Assembly: GCA_963733835.1 (NCBI GenBank)
Contig: CAVTER010000015.1
Span: forward strand, 196,979 to 260,978
Length of the DNA: 64,000 nucleotides
Direction: 5' to 3'
Source of the DNA: an uncultured Spirochaetota bacterium
GTDB taxonomy: Bacteria > Spirochaetota > Spirochaetia > SZUA-6 > Fen-1364
Under the pieces are notes generated by a model that ran no database searches, was not told the origin of the DNA, and saw only the letters and a list, made by a program, of their open reading frames with translations. Below are positions 1 to 11,255 of this stretch, in pieces. How positions within the stretch are numbered: the stretch's first letter is position 1; every line of letters starts with the position of its first letter. The translations under genes and the position numbers were made by a program.

Positions 1-678
1 CTACGTGCGCACGCTGCACTTCAGCGGCATCAGCGTGGCGGCCATCAACGTGCTGGCCTTCGTGTTCGCCCTCATGTTCTCCAGCCGCCTCATCCGGCTC
101 AAGAACTTCCTGCAGTCCCTGGTCTTCCTGCCCGTGATCCTCTCCGTCGTGGCGGTCGGCGTGGTCTGGGAGTTCATGTACCAGTCCACGGGCCTGATCT
201 CCGATCATCACCGCGGACGATCTTCGGGGCGAGCCCCGCCTGGCTCACGAAGACGAGCGCGGCCCCGTACGCGATGATCATCACCTACGTGTGGAAGTCG
301 GTGGGCTACTACATGGTCATCTACATCGCCGGGCTCATGGACGTGCCGGTGAGCTTCTACGAGGCGGCGCGCATCGACGGGGCCGGCTTCTGGAGCCAGC
401 TGTTCTACATCACCATCCCGAACATCAAGAACACCATCGCCCTGGCGGTGATCTCCTGCATCATCTTCACCTTCGGCCAGTTCTCCATCCAGTACGTGAT
501 CACCAAGGGAGGGCCCAGCCGGTCCACGGAGATCCTCTCCCTCCTGATCTACCGCCAGGCCTTCGAGCTGTCCAAGTTCGGCTACTCGGCGGCCATCTCG
601 GTGCTGTTCTTCCTGACCCTGCTGGTGTTCTCGATATTCCAGCTGCGCCTGTTCAAGTCCGGGACCGTGGGAGGCTGA
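1..678 (+). pseudogene. ABC sugar-transporter permease, MalF/UgpA type (5' end outside window; one frameshift ~200-275 as assembled)
   Basis: ORF 5-277 (frame 2) continues in ORF 274-678 (frame 1). Multi-TM profile and EAA loop FYEAARIDGAGFWSQLFYITIPNIK. Confidence 0.8.
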
Positions 679-682
679 GGCG

Positions 683-1535
683 ATGATCTCGTACAACGGT
701 CAGGGAGAATCTCCAGCGGACGGTCCTGTACCTCGTCATCGGCGTCGCTCGGCTTCGTCTTCGTGTTCCCGTTCTTCTGGATGGTCATCTCGTCGCTCAA
801 GCTGAACAGGGACGTGCTGGCGCATCCCCATCCGCTTCTTCCCGCCCGTGTGGAACTGGAAGAGCTACGTGAACGTGTTCACCGCGTTCCCCGACTTCAA
901 CTTCCCGCGCTTCATCCTGAACAGCTTCATCGTCACTGCGGCGGCGGTGCTGCTCTGCCTCGTTCCTGTCCGCCACGGCGGGCTACGGGTTCGCGAAGTA
1001 CCGGTTCCAAGGGCAACAACGTCCTGTTCACCATCGTGCTGGCCACGATCATGATCTCCTTCGAGGCCATCGTGGTGCCGCTGTTCATCCTGGTGCGGCA
1101 GCTGGGGATGCAGAACACCTACCTGGGGCTGATCATCCCGGAGAGCCTCACCGCCTTCGGCGTGTTCATGATGCGGCAGTTCTTCTACGCGCTGCCCGAC
1201 GACTACATCGAGAGCGCGCGCATCGACGGGGCGAACGAGTACAGGATCTTCGCCGAGCATCGCGCTGCCCATGGCCAAGACCGCGCTGCTCGCGCTGGTG
1301 ATCTTCCACGCCCAGTGGGTCTGGAACCTGCTGCTCTGGCCCATGATCCTGATCTCCACCCCCGACATGCGGGTGCTGCCGCAGGGCATCGCCCTGTTCA
1401 AGGGCGGCTACAACACGCCCTATCCCGGAGCAGCTCGCCGTGAGCGTGATCGCCTGCCTGCCCCTGCTGCTGCTGTACATCTTCCTTTCCAAGTACTTCG
1501 TGCAGGGCATCGCGATGACGGGACTGAAGGGGTAA
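683..1535 (+). pseudogene. ABC sugar-transporter permease, MalG/UgpE type (>=4 frameshifts as assembled)
   Basis: Pieces lie in all three + frames: RTVLYLVIG / FVFVFPFFWMVISSLK / FILNSFIVTAAAV / VLFTIVLATIMISFEAIVVPLFILVRQLGMQNTYLGLIIPE..YIESARIDGANEYRIF / KTALLALVIFHAQWVWNLLLWPMILI / ..YFVQGIAMTGLKG, then TAA 1533-1535. Confidence 0.75.
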
Positions 1536-1539
1536 GCCC

Positions 1540-2565
1540 GGCGAAGCCCGCACGCGGCGAGCCCCGCGGAAATCTCCTGGATCCCGCCGGCCGCGATCCT
1601 CATCTCGACCTCCGCCTCCAGCTTCCCCTCCGGGGGAATGAGGGCGGCCGGCGCGTGGGCTTCGATCTCAGAGAAGGCCTCGTCTCCCGTGCCGGTGTCG
1701 TTGTAGGCCTGCACCGCATCCCCGGCAGCGGGTTCTCCCGGGCCGTACGCTGACTTCTCGAGGTAGCTGCCCGCGGGGTCGACCGCGAAGCGCAGGCAGA
1801 CCGACGTCCCGGTGCCCGGGGCTGGAGCCGTGAGGGCCGCACGAACGCGATCGTGCCTGCCGCTGCGGGGGCTGGGATCCCCAGCTTCCAGCGCGAGCCG
1901 CCCAGGGCTTTCACCAGGAGCACGGCCCCGCTGGCTCGGGCCTGGACCGCGTGACCAGTGCCGAAATAGGGGGCCATGCTTTCCATTCCCAGCCCCGCGC
2001 GCAGCCCGATGGCGATCGTGCCCGGGACCTCGCTGGGCACCTGCACGATGCACCAGGGGCTCGCGCGCCTGTCCACCGGGGCGGGACCTGAGTTCTCCAG
2101 GACCTGGCGGATGCGGATGCGGGCCCGGCCCGGCAGGCCGGGGTCGACCTCGATGCGCAGGCAGCGAGTGAGCAGGAGCGGGAAGACCGCGCCGTCCGAG
2201 GCCCGGGCAGTGAAGGCGGTCCGCAGGCAGGTCCACCCCGGGGCGCCCGGGACGGCGGCATAGCCTCCCGGGTCGACGCCGGGCGGCACGGCCCACGAGT
2301 CCCCGCCGTTCGGGTAGAAGAAGCCGCCCGTGCCGCCCTCGGGGGCGATCCAGGTGCGCGCTCCTCCCGCGTTGCCGCCCGCAGCCCAGCCACGCGTTGT
2401 GAAGCTGCCGGAAGTCCACAGGAGGTTCTCCTCGCCGATACCGGCGCCGAGCACGCGCGCCGCGAGGGAAGGGGCCACGAGCATCCACGCGTCCCCCGCG
2501 CGGACCACCTCGTGCGCGATCCCGTCCCGGCGCAGCGCCTCCCGCAGCCCCGCGAGGGTCCTCAC
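1540..2565 (-). pseudogene. Hypothetical protein of the sugar locus (possibly mutarotase-like beta-sandwich; family not recognised with certainty); frameshift ~1820, 3' end uncertain
   Basis: GTG at 2563-2565, 10 nt after the upstream LmbE stop. ORF 1600-2673(-) part VRTLAGLREAL..GGTGGFFYPNGGDSWAVPPGVDPGGY continues in the ORF 1166-2488(-) frame as TGTSVCLRFAVDPAGSYLEKSAYGPGEP..AYNDTGTGDEAFSEIEAHAP. Confidence 0.4.
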
Positions 2566-2575
2566 GGCCGGCCCC

Positions 2576-3281
2576 TCAGGGAAGGAGCTTGAAGTCGGGC
2601 ATGTAGCCGTGGATCCTGTAGGCCCGGAACCCCTCGGCGTACGGCCTGCCGATGGCGAGGCCCCGGAAGGCACCCAACAGCCTGCAGTGCTCGGTCAGGC
2701 TCACCGACTGGAAGGTGTCCATCCAGGCGAACTGGCTCCTGTGCTTCGCGAGCGACTCCAGCTTCTTCTCCATGTGGTCGGTGACGTCCACGTAGACCTC
2801 CGGCTCGAAGTGCAGGCCGGCGCCGGTGTCCCAGTAGAACAGCGACGGTACCTTCGCGATCGGCGGCTCGTCGGCCGGGCACGTTCTTCCCCGGCAGCGA
2901 CAGCATCATCCTGCCGACGAGCGTGCCGGTCACGTTGTGGTCGGTGCTCATGTCGCCGGGGAAATTGGTGAGGATCACGTCGGGGTTCGCCCAGCGCATC
3001 GCGTTGAGGATTGCCCTGCGCACGGGCTCGCTGTCCACGAGGCCCTCGTCGTTGAAGCGCAGGAACCGCACCTCCGCGCCGTACACCTTCGCCGCCTCGA
3101 GTTGCTCCGCCTCGCGGACCCGGGCGATCTCCTCGCTTCCCTCGATGACGTTCGAGCCGATGTTGCCGCTCGTGGTGAGCGCCACGAAGATCCGATGCCC
3201 GGCCGCCCTGTACTTCAGCAGGGTGCCCGCGCAGGTGAACTCGATGTCGTCGGGATGCGCGCCGAATGCCAGGATGTTCAC
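2576..3281 (-). pseudogene. LmbE/PIG-L family N-acetyl-sugar deacetylase (one frameshift ~2878)
   Basis: RBS GAAGGAGG then GTG 3279-3281. N-terminus VNILAFGAHPDDIEFTCAG (AHPDDxE motif). C-terminal part is ORF 2576-2791(-), DVTDHMEKKLESLAKHRSQF. The start overlaps the upstream EIIC stop as GTGA. Confidence 0.8.
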
Positions 3282-4635
3282 AGGCCGACCTCCTTCTCCG
3301 CCTTCCTCGTGATGCGCCGGCACAGGTACAGGAGCCCGCCCACCAGGGGGATGGCTCGCCAGCGCCCACGGGTTGCCCCGGAACAGGTAGTAGAACCACA
3401 GGCGGACGGGGTGGCCGCCGTCGGTGAATGCCGTGATCTCTCCCGCGTAGCTCTGGACGCTCTCCGCCCCCGCCTTCGCCGCCAGGGTGGTGTACAGCGG
3501 GAGCGAAGTGCGTCGAGATGAGAAGGTAGCCGATCACGAGGGGAATGCCGATGAGAACGGCGCGGAACACGTTGCCGCGCGTTGCCAGCACGATCACCGA
3601 GATCACCGATATCAGGTTCGCCAGGTCGCCCAGGGGGAGGACCTTGTTGCCCGGCAGCACGAAGGCGATGCCGATGCTGATGGGCATGAGCAGGAGCCCC
3701 GTGATGATCACGGCGCTGTTCTGCATGATGACCCCCGAGTCCATGCCGATGTACAGGACCGTCTTCTTCGGGAACCGCCTCTGGATGATCGCCTTGAGCT
3801 GCAGCGACACCGGTTCCATCCCCCTCCCGATGAGGCCCCCGCAGTGCGGGAGGATGAACATCACCGCCGCCACGTTGATTGCCAGCTCGAGGATCCTCTT
3901 CACCTCGTAGCCGGCCAGGATCCCGAAGAAGGCTCCCACGGCGACCCCGATGAGCATGGGCTCGACGAGGATTCCCAGCCTCCCGCGCGCGTCCTTCGGC
4001 GAGAAGGACACCCGGCGCAGGCCGGGGATCCTGTCGAACAGCGCGTTGGCCGCCACCCCGTAGGGCAGCATGCCGTTCACCGAGAGAGTCGTGATCGAGA
4101 TGCCCTCCAGACCGCATTCGCGCTTCACGTGCGGGGCGGTCCAGTCGGCGATCACGATGCCGTAGACGGCGATCAGCGCCGTCGCCGCAAGCCCGAGAAG
4201 GAGGCTTCCCGAGGCGGCCTGCACGAGGGCGCCGACCAGCGCGAAGTGCCAGTAGTTCCAGATGTCGATGTTGATCGTCCGCGTGAGGTTCAAAGCCAGC
4301 ATGGCCAGGTTGAGGGCCAGCACGAGCACGATGGTGAGCGGGGCGATGGGAGAGGCCCACGTGATCGCCGCCAGGGGCGGCCAGCCCACGTCGAGGACCG
4401 GGAAGTCGAGGCCGCGGGTCTTGACGATCGCCGTGACCGCCGGGGCGATCTGCTGCACGAAGAAGTCGAACGCGATGAAGATGCCGGCGAAGCCGACGCC
4501 CAGCCGCAGGGCGGAGTACAGGGACTGCCCCACCTTCATGCGGATGGCGAGGGCCACCACGAGGATGACGGTGGGGAGCATCACGTAGGCCTTGAAACTG
4601 AAGACGAAGTCTATGACGGACTGCAGGACGTGCAT
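3278..4635 (-). pseudogene. PTS galactitol-family EIIC (GatC-like) membrane component, orphan (no EIIA/EIIB/HPr nearby); frameshifts ~3495 and ~3355
   Basis: ORF 2701-4635(-) aligns by eye along its length with E. coli GatC (VDVGWP..TWAS, NIDIWNYWHFA, LEGISI, ILAGYEVKRILELAINVAAVM, VLPLGDLA). The tail LYTTLAAKAGAES.. / IPLVGGLLYLCRRITRKAEKEVGL lies in two other frames. Confidence 0.8.
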
Positions 4636-4650
4636 GGCGGGGAGCTCCCG

Positions 4651-5421
4651 TCAGCCCGCAGGCTGCACGACGCAGCGGCCCCGCAGGATGTCTGCAAGGG
4701 GATTGCAGTCCCCGCGAGTGAACCCGACGTGGGAGTGGCGCCGCCAGCCCTCGGCGAAGCGGAAGGCACCCGACATGGTTCCCACCTTCTCGGTCAGGTC
4801 GCGCATGGTGCGCAGGTACGAGTCGAAGCCCTGGGTCGCGTCCAGCCACTCCTTCTGGCTGGCGTGGCAGGCCAGCGCCTTCTCCTTCAGGTTCATGACA
4901 CTGCCGACGTCCACGTACATCTCGGGCACGATGGGCCGGCGCACCATGTCGGTGAGGATGTGCGGGGTGGAGTGGTACAGCATGGCGTCCTCGAGCACCG
5001 GAGGCCTGTCCGGGATGGACCTGTAGTTGCCCACGCCGCGCAGGAAGGTCGCCGTGACCGTGACCCTGCCCGCGTTCATGTGGTCCTCCATGTAGTCCTC
5101 GAGCGACATGGTGAGCACGATGTCGGGCTTCACCTCCCGTACGATGGCCGTGACCCGGCGGATGAGGTCCTGCGCGTAGAACACGTCCAGGTCGTCCGCC
5201 AGGCTCTCGTGGTACACGGCGCCGAAGACCTCCGCTGCCTTCATGGCCTCGGCCCTGCGCACGGCGGCGATCTCGGCGGGGCCGAGCGTGGCGCTGCCGG
5301 CGCAACCGTTGGCGATGTTCAGGTAGTGCAGCGTGCAGCCCGCCTGCTTCAGCAGCAGCAGGGTGCCGCCCATCATGAACTCCATGTCGTCGGGATGGCA
5401 GGCCACCGCAAGCACGGTCAT
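4651..5421 (-). CDS. LmbE/PIG-L family deacetylase (second paralog, intact)
   Basis: ORF 4651-5445(-). MTVLAVACHPDDMEFMMGG motif. Start could be 5445 or 5421. Confidence 0.85.
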   Translation of the reverse strand: MTVLAVACHPDDMEFMMGGTLLLLKQAGCTLHYLNIANGCAGSATLGPAEIAAVRRAEAMKAAEVFGAVYHESLADDLDVFYAQDLIRRVTAIVREVKPDIVLTMSLEDYMEDHMNAGRVTVTATFLRGVGNYRSIPDRPPVLEDAMLYHSTPHILTDMVRRPIVPEMYVDVGSVMNLKEKALACHASQKEWLDATQGFDSYLRTMRDLTEKVGTMSGAFRFAEGWRRHSHVGFTRGDCNPLADILRGRCVVQPAG

Positions 5422-5458
5422 GGCAACCCTCCTTGTGTCTTCCATTCCGCCGCGCAGC

Positions 5459-6701
5459 TCAGCGCCAGCGCTTCCAGGCCGCGATCAGCGCCTCGACGGC
5501 AGCCCAGGGCGTGTCGGGGAACAGCCCGTCCACGGGGTGCAGGATGAACCGATGCGTGGGGCCGAGGGTGTCCAGGGCGTGGCGCACATCGGCCTCGATG
5601 GTCGAGGAGTCCGCGGTCCCGAGGGTGAGGGAGCTGATCCCGCCCACGAGCGTCATGGACCCTGACAGCAGGTCGCGGATCCTCGCCAGGGAAAGGCCTT
5701 TCTGCACGGGATCGAGCGGGTCGACGAAGTACAGGACATCCACCCCGGCCTCGGCCGAGCCGGGGGCCCAGCACCTCGACACCCGTGGTCATGACGTAGG
5801 CGAACTTCTTCCCGTGCCTGTGGGACGCCTGGGCGAGGGCGCGCACGTGCGGGAGGACGAACCTGTCGAAGAGGGCGGGAGACCAGAAGTTGGTCGACGA
5901 GTACCAGCCCCTCTCGACGACGAGATCGACACCCGGGTGGGCTGCCGCCAGCTCTGTGCGGCCCAGGTCGGCCTCGGTGACGATGTCGAACAGGCGAGCG
6001 AACTCCCGCGGGTGGTCGAGGGCGAACATGATCGCTCCTTCCGTTCCGCAGAGCCACACCACAGCGTCCATGCCGAATCCCGACCACGCCTGGACGGGGA
6101 TCCCATTCGTCGAGCGAAACTTCTCCACCTCGGCCATGCGGCCGGCAAACCATGCCCGCGCGGCCGCGTCGGGCGGCCTGTAACAGAAGGCCATCCGCTC
6201 GACGTCCTCGGGCAGGCTCACGACCTGCCGCTCGGCGCGGGGGATGTTGAAATCCTCGAAAAGCGGGACGGCCTCGGGCTGGATCACCCATCCCTCCGCC
6301 TGCGCCTCGCCCGTCTGCCGCACCTCGTGGCAGAGCGGTCCCTTCGGGGTGGCGTACTCCCTCACCAGGACAGGGTATGTCCCCGGCCCGGCCGCCGGCC
6401 GCCGGGAGTCCTTCCACGTGACGGAAGGGTCCGCGCTCCACGGCACCGATACGTCCAGGACATCGTCCACGCCGAGGGACTGCCAGGCCAGGGCGCGGCG
6501 GAAGTCGTCCTCCAGCTCCCAGGGGAACGGGAGCGTGTGCAGGTGCTCCATCCGCTTGGAGTACCAGTACGGTACGTCCCTCCCGTTGGTCGCCCAGCGC
6601 AGCGTCTGCGGCGCCTTCAGTCCAAAGCACCACGTGGTCAGGGGAACGTGGTCGGATGACCTGCCGTCCCATGCAGCCTGGATCCTCTCTCGTGTGTTCA
6701 T
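5459..6701 (-). pseudogene. Uroporphyrinogen-decarboxylase (URO-D/MtaA-like) family protein, function unknown (one frameshift ~5775)
   Basis: RBS GAGGTGGG then ATG 6699-6701. N-terminus MNTRERIQAAWDGRSSDHVPL is typical of the URO-D-like family. The C-terminus continues in ORF 5459-5782(-). Confidence 0.55.
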
Positions 6702-6907
6702 GCCCACCTCACGGCCTGTATAGCGGACCGTTCTTTTGGTTGTCAAGGGAGCCCCGCAGCGGTCATCTCTCCCGACAGGTTTGTGCCAATACCCCTCCTT
6801 ACTTGCCGCTGATCCGTCTGGCGGGAAGAGCATTACATAAAGCAGGAACAAAAGTACTTGGCAGATGTACTCGCGGGGTTGGAATTCTCCTCGAATGCTC
6901 GCAATTG

Positions 6908-6936
6908 TTGACAACTCACCGCGCGTGACCTATAAT
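6908..6936 (+). promoter_or_regulatory. Perfect sigma70-type promoter TTGACA-N17-TATAAT for the xylose-isomerase-like gene
   Basis: TTGACA 6908-6913 and TATAAT 6931-6936 lie in a locally AT-richer spacer. SD AAGGAG at 6955-6960, ATG at 6966. Confidence 0.65.
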
Positions 6937-6965
6937 CGGCCATCATCCGACAACAAGGAGCAGGC

Positions 6966-8006
6966 ATGGCAGGCAAGGCGGTATTCCGGTTTTCTTTCGG
7001 TCCCTGGAACATCCACGAAGGGGCGGACGTGTTCGGGCCCACGGTGCGAAAGACCGTGGACAAGGCGAAGAAGCTCGCACTGGTGAAGAAGCTGGGCTTT
7101 GACGCCGTCCAGTTCCACGACGACGATGCGGTGCTCGAGCGTGGACGTCCCGCACGATCAGATCGTCAAGGAAGCGAAGGAGATGAGGAAGGCTCTCGAC
7201 TCCGAGGGCCTGGTGGCGGAGTTCGTTGCCCCCCGGCTGTGGGAGCACCCGCTGACGGTGGACGGGGGCTACACGGCCAACGACGCCAAGGCGCGCGAGT
7301 ACGCCCTGGAGCGCAGCCGCAAGGCCATCGACATCGCCAACATCATCGGCAGCAGGAACATCGTCCTGTGGCCCGCCCGCGAGGGGTTCTACGTCAACGA
7401 GTCCAAGGACCACGTGCAGGCGAGCGAGCGCTTCGTGGCCGCCGTGGACATGATGCTGCAGTACGACAAGAACATCCGCGTCCTGGGAGAGATGAAGCCG
7501 AACGAGCCCATGGACCACGCCTACCTGCCCACGACGGGGCACTTCCTGTCCATCTGCTACACGGCGGTCGACCCGGCAGGGTGGGCGTGCTCATCGAGTC
7601 GGCCCACGCGCTGCTCGCGGGCCTCGACCCCGCGGCCGAGATGGCCTTCGCGATGTACCACAAGAAGCTGTGGAGCGTGCACCTCAACGACCAGAACGGC
7701 ATGAAGTTCGACGAGGACAGGGTCTTCGGCGCCATGAACCTCAAGAGGGCCTTCGACCAGGTCTTCGTCCTGTACGAGAATGACTTCGGCGCCAACGGGG
7801 AGTTCGTGGGCCTGGACGTGAAGGCGCTGCGGACGCAGAAGGACGAGGCGTCCACCAGCCACCTCACCAACAGCAAGAAGATCTTCATGGACCTGCTGGA
7901 GGTGGTGAAGAAGGTGGACAGGAAGAAGATCGCCGACCTCCGCGCGGCGAGGGACTACGAGGCGCTGGAGTACTACATCATCTCCTGCATCATGGGCAGG
8001 GCATAG
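6966..8006 (+). pseudogene. Xylose isomerase family protein, class-I-like but divergent (frameshifts ~7135 and ~7575)
   Basis: FHDDD, LWPAREG, EMKPNEP, IESAH and VHLNDQNGMKFDEDRVFG correspond to the catalytic and metal motifs of actinobacterial-type XylA. The pieces are ORFs 6966-8006 and 7099-7704. Confidence 0.7.
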
Positions 8007-8062
8007 AGGGTTGGAGGATCCGGCGGGCGTTGCCCGCCCAGACACTGGGGAAGGAGGACGTC

Positions 8063-9179
8063 ATGAAGAGAGTGGGACGCGCGATCGGCCTCGTGGCCGC
8101 GCTCGTGGTGCTGGCGCTGGCGCTCACCGCCTGCGGCCCGGCCGAGAAGCCGACGATGAGCCTGATGGCATTCGCCGGGTACGCCGAGGAGAGCTGGGTC
8201 AAGCCGTTCGAGGAGAAGTACAACTGCACGGTGAAGATCAACTACGCCGGCACCGTTGACGAGATGTTCGCCAAGGTGAAGGCCGCGCCGAACGAGTACA
8301 ACATCGTCTCGATAGACCCGGGCCGCATCCCGATGTACAACGGGGCAGGGCTGCTGCAGACCGTCGACACGAAGAAGCTCTCCAACTACATGAAGATGGG
8401 AGCCTTCTTCCGCGAGCACCCGTACAACAAGGTTCTGGGCGGCTCCACGTTGCACATCCCGATCGTCTGGGGCACCCAGACCATCACGGTGAACACGGCG
8501 AAGGTGCCGGCGGCGAAGCTGGCGAAGTACGTGAACGCCGAGAAGCACACCATCTCGCTGGACGTCTTCACGGCGCCCGAGTTCAAGGGCCAGACCGCGT
8601 TCTTCGACGAGTCGACGAACGTGAACGGGGTGGCGGCGGCCGCGCTGGAAATCGCCGATCCTTTCAACTTCGCCGAGGACGACTGGCAGAAGGTCCAGGA
8701 CCTGCTGTACAGGTGGAAGAAGAACGCGCGGACCCTCACCTCGGGCCTGGACTCCGAGTTCAGCGTGCTCACCAGCGAGGACGCGTACTTCGTGCTCGGC
8801 GGCAACGACGCGCTTCTCAACCTGAAGCTCGAAGAGGCGGGCGTGCGCGAGAACTTCACGCAGTACGCCCCGACCCGGCACGATCTGCTGGATCGACGGC
8901 TGGGTCATCACAAAGCCCACCAAGGGCAAGAGCCTCGACCTGGCCTACAAGTACATCGACATGATGATCGGCGACCAGGTGCAGGGCGAGCTGGCCAAGC
9001 TGATCGGCTACGGGATCGTGAACCCCGCCGGCGGCGGCGGCTTCAGCGAGGTGATCAAGGACAGCTGCTTCTGGTACGAGGACATCAACAGCTTCCCGTC
9101 CAAGCTGTTCATCATGATGCCCGAGGAGGACGCGGCCAAGCGCGTCGAGCTGTGGACGAAGGTGAAGGCGACGCCGTAG
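8063..9179 (+). pseudogene. PotD/PotF-type ABC substrate-binding lipoprotein (frameshift ~8885)
   Basis: RBS GGAAGGAGG. MKRVGRAIGLVAALVVLALALTAC contains a lipobox. The C-terminus WIDGWVITKPTKGKSLDLAYKYIDMMIGDQVQGELAK lies in ORF 8961-9179 and the neighbouring frame. Confidence 0.75.
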
Positions 9180-9261
9180 ACTGCCCGCACTGACCGATGG
9201 GCGCGGGGCCCCCGGGGGCTCCCGCGCCCCTGCATATCCTGAGGAATCCGGGAGAGCGCAC

Positions 9262-10395
9262 ATGGGGGAAGAGTTCGCGATTGAGCTGAAGGGTGTCCGC
9301 AAGGCCTTCGACGAGGTCGTTGCCGTGCACCGCTTCGATGTGCAGATCCGCAAAGGCGAGTTCTTCTCCCTGCTGGGTCCCTCTGGCTGCGGCAAGACCA
9401 CGACCCTGCGCATGATCGCGGGGCTCGAGGAGCCCACGGAGGGGGAGATCCTCCTGGAGGGGAAGGACGTCAGCCACGTTCCCCCGTACCGGCGCAACGT
9501 GCACACCGTCTTCCAGGACTACGCCCTGTTCCCCCACATGAATGTGCGCAGGAACGTCTGGTTTCCGCTGCGGATGAAGGGCACGTCCCTGGCCGACGCG
9601 CGCGAGCGCATCGAGAGGGTGCTTCGCCTGGTGAGCATGGAGGGATTCCAGCGCCGGCTCCCGCAGCAGCTCTCCGGCGGGCAGCGCCAGAGGGTCGCCC
9701 TTGCCCGGTCGCTCGTCGACGAGCCCGCGGCCCTGCTTCTGGATGAGCCGCTCGGAGCCCTCGACTTCAAGCTGCGGGTGGCCATGCAGAAGGTGCTGAA
9801 GGACATCCAGCGGAAGGTCGGCATCACCTTCATCTACGTGACGCACGACCAGACGGAGGCCCTCACCATGAGCGACAGGATCGCCGTGATGAAGGACGGG
9901 CATGTCCACCAGGTCGGGACTCCCGACGAGATCTACAACAGCCCTGCCACCGCGTTCGTGGCCTCCTTCATCGGCGACATGAACTTCCTGCACGGCCGCA
10001 TGGGAGCCTCCGGCGGGGACGGGTGCGCCGTGGACCTGGAAGGCCGCGCCGTGACGGCGGGCCGGGCGGCCTGCCTGCCCGGCGCCCATCCCGCCAGGGC
10101 CGGCGACGAGGTGCTGGTCTGCATCCGCACGGAGCGCGTCCAGGTGAACCCGCAGCGGGAGACCGGTCACACGCTGGAGGGCACGGTGAAGCGCATCGTG
10201 TACCGGGGCACTGACTACGAGGCGACCTGCGCTGTGGGCGGGCAGGAGGTCCGGGCGGTGGTGAGCTCGGTCAGCTGGGATGCCTCTGTCGTCGTCGGCT
10301 CGCGTGTGCGCATCGGCTTCAACGCCGCCGACCTGTCCGTGTATCCCCGCGTGGAGGAGTCGGGGATCATCCAGTACTCCACCGAGGCCGTATGA
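9262..10395 (+). CDS. ABC transporter ATPase, PotA-like with C-terminal TOBE-like domain
   Basis: Walker A GPSGCGKTT, signature LSGGQRQR, Walker B LLLDEP. Intact, 377 aa. Confidence 0.9.
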   Translation: MGEEFAIELKGVRKAFDEVVAVHRFDVQIRKGEFFSLLGPSGCGKTTTLRMIAGLEEPTEGEILLEGKDVSHVPPYRRNVHTVFQDYALFPHMNVRRNVWFPLRMKGTSLADARERIERVLRLVSMEGFQRRLPQQLSGGQRQRVALARSLVDEPAALLLDEPLGALDFKLRVAMQKVLKDIQRKVGITFIYVTHDQTEALTMSDRIAVMKDGHVHQVGTPDEIYNSPATAFVASFIGDMNFLHGRMGASGGDGCAVDLEGRAVTAGRAACLPGAHPARAGDEVLVCIRTERVQVNPQRETGHTLEGTVKRIVYRGTDYEATCAVGGQEVRAVVSSVSWDASVVVGSRVRIGFNAADLSVYPRVEESGIIQYSTEAV

Positions 10396-11255
10396 GGAAG
10401 CCCGTGAGCCCGCCGCGGGCGTTCCTGCGGGGCATCCCCATCACCGTCTGGATGCTGCTGCTGGTGATCGCGCCGCTGTTCCTCACCTTCCTGATGAGCT
10501 TCTATTCCAAGCGGGGAAACGGCATCGACACCACGCTGACTCTCAGGAACTACGCGCTGTTCTTCACCGACCCGCTGTATGCCACCGTTCTGGGGCGCAG
10601 CGTCCTCCTGGCCCTGGTGATCGCGCTGCTCTCCATCCTCACGGCCTACCCGCTGGCGTACCTGGTGTCCTTCCGCGTCCGCCGGGGCAAGCAGTTCCTG
10701 TTCATGCTCTCGATCATCCCCCTGTGGGTGAGCTACCTCGTGCGGATCATCGCGTGGCGGACTATCCTCGGCAACAAGGGGGTGATCAACTCGGCCCTCC
10801 TTGCCCTCGGCGTCATGCGGGAGCCCCTCACGTTCCTGCTGTACAACCGCTTCGCGGTGGCGATCACCCTCGCGTACATCTGCATCCCCTTCGTCTTCAT
10901 ACCGGTGTACACGGCCCTGGAGAAGATTCCCCGCAACATCCTGGAGGCTTCCAACGACCTGGGAGCCGGAGAGGTGAGGACCTTCTTTAACGTCGTGTTC
11001 CCGTTGTCTCTTCCCGGCCTGGTGACGGGCTTCATCTTCGCCTTCATCATCGCCCTCGGGGACTACATCATCCCCCAGCAGATGGGCGGCACGGAAGGAA
11101 TCATGTTCGGGTACGTCGTCTGGAGCCAGTTCGGGTTCTCGAACAACTGGCCCCTGGGCGCGGCCCTCGGCTTCATCCTGTTCGCCATCTCCGTGGCCGT
11201 GCTGACGGCTACCTCCCGGTTCGGCACCACCGAGGGAGGATTCCTCAGTGAGTAG
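10392..11255 (+). CDS. ABC transporter permease, PotB-like
   Basis: ATGA overlap with the ATPase stop. Intact 287-aa multi-TM ORF with an EAA-like loop LEASNDLGAGEVRTFFNVVFP. Confidence 0.85.
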   Translation: MRKPVSPPRAFLRGIPITVWMLLLVIAPLFLTFLMSFYSKRGNGIDTTLTLRNYALFFTDPLYATVLGRSVLLALVIALLSILTAYPLAYLVSFRVRRGKQFLFMLSIIPLWVSYLVRIIAWRTILGNKGVINSALLALGVMREPLTFLLYNRFAVAITLAYICIPFVFIPVYTALEKIPRNILEASNDLGAGEVRTFFNVVFPLSLPGLVTGFIFAFIIALGDYIIPQQMGGTEGIMFGYVVWSQFGFSNNWPLGAALGFILFAISVAVLTATSRFGTTEGGFLSE

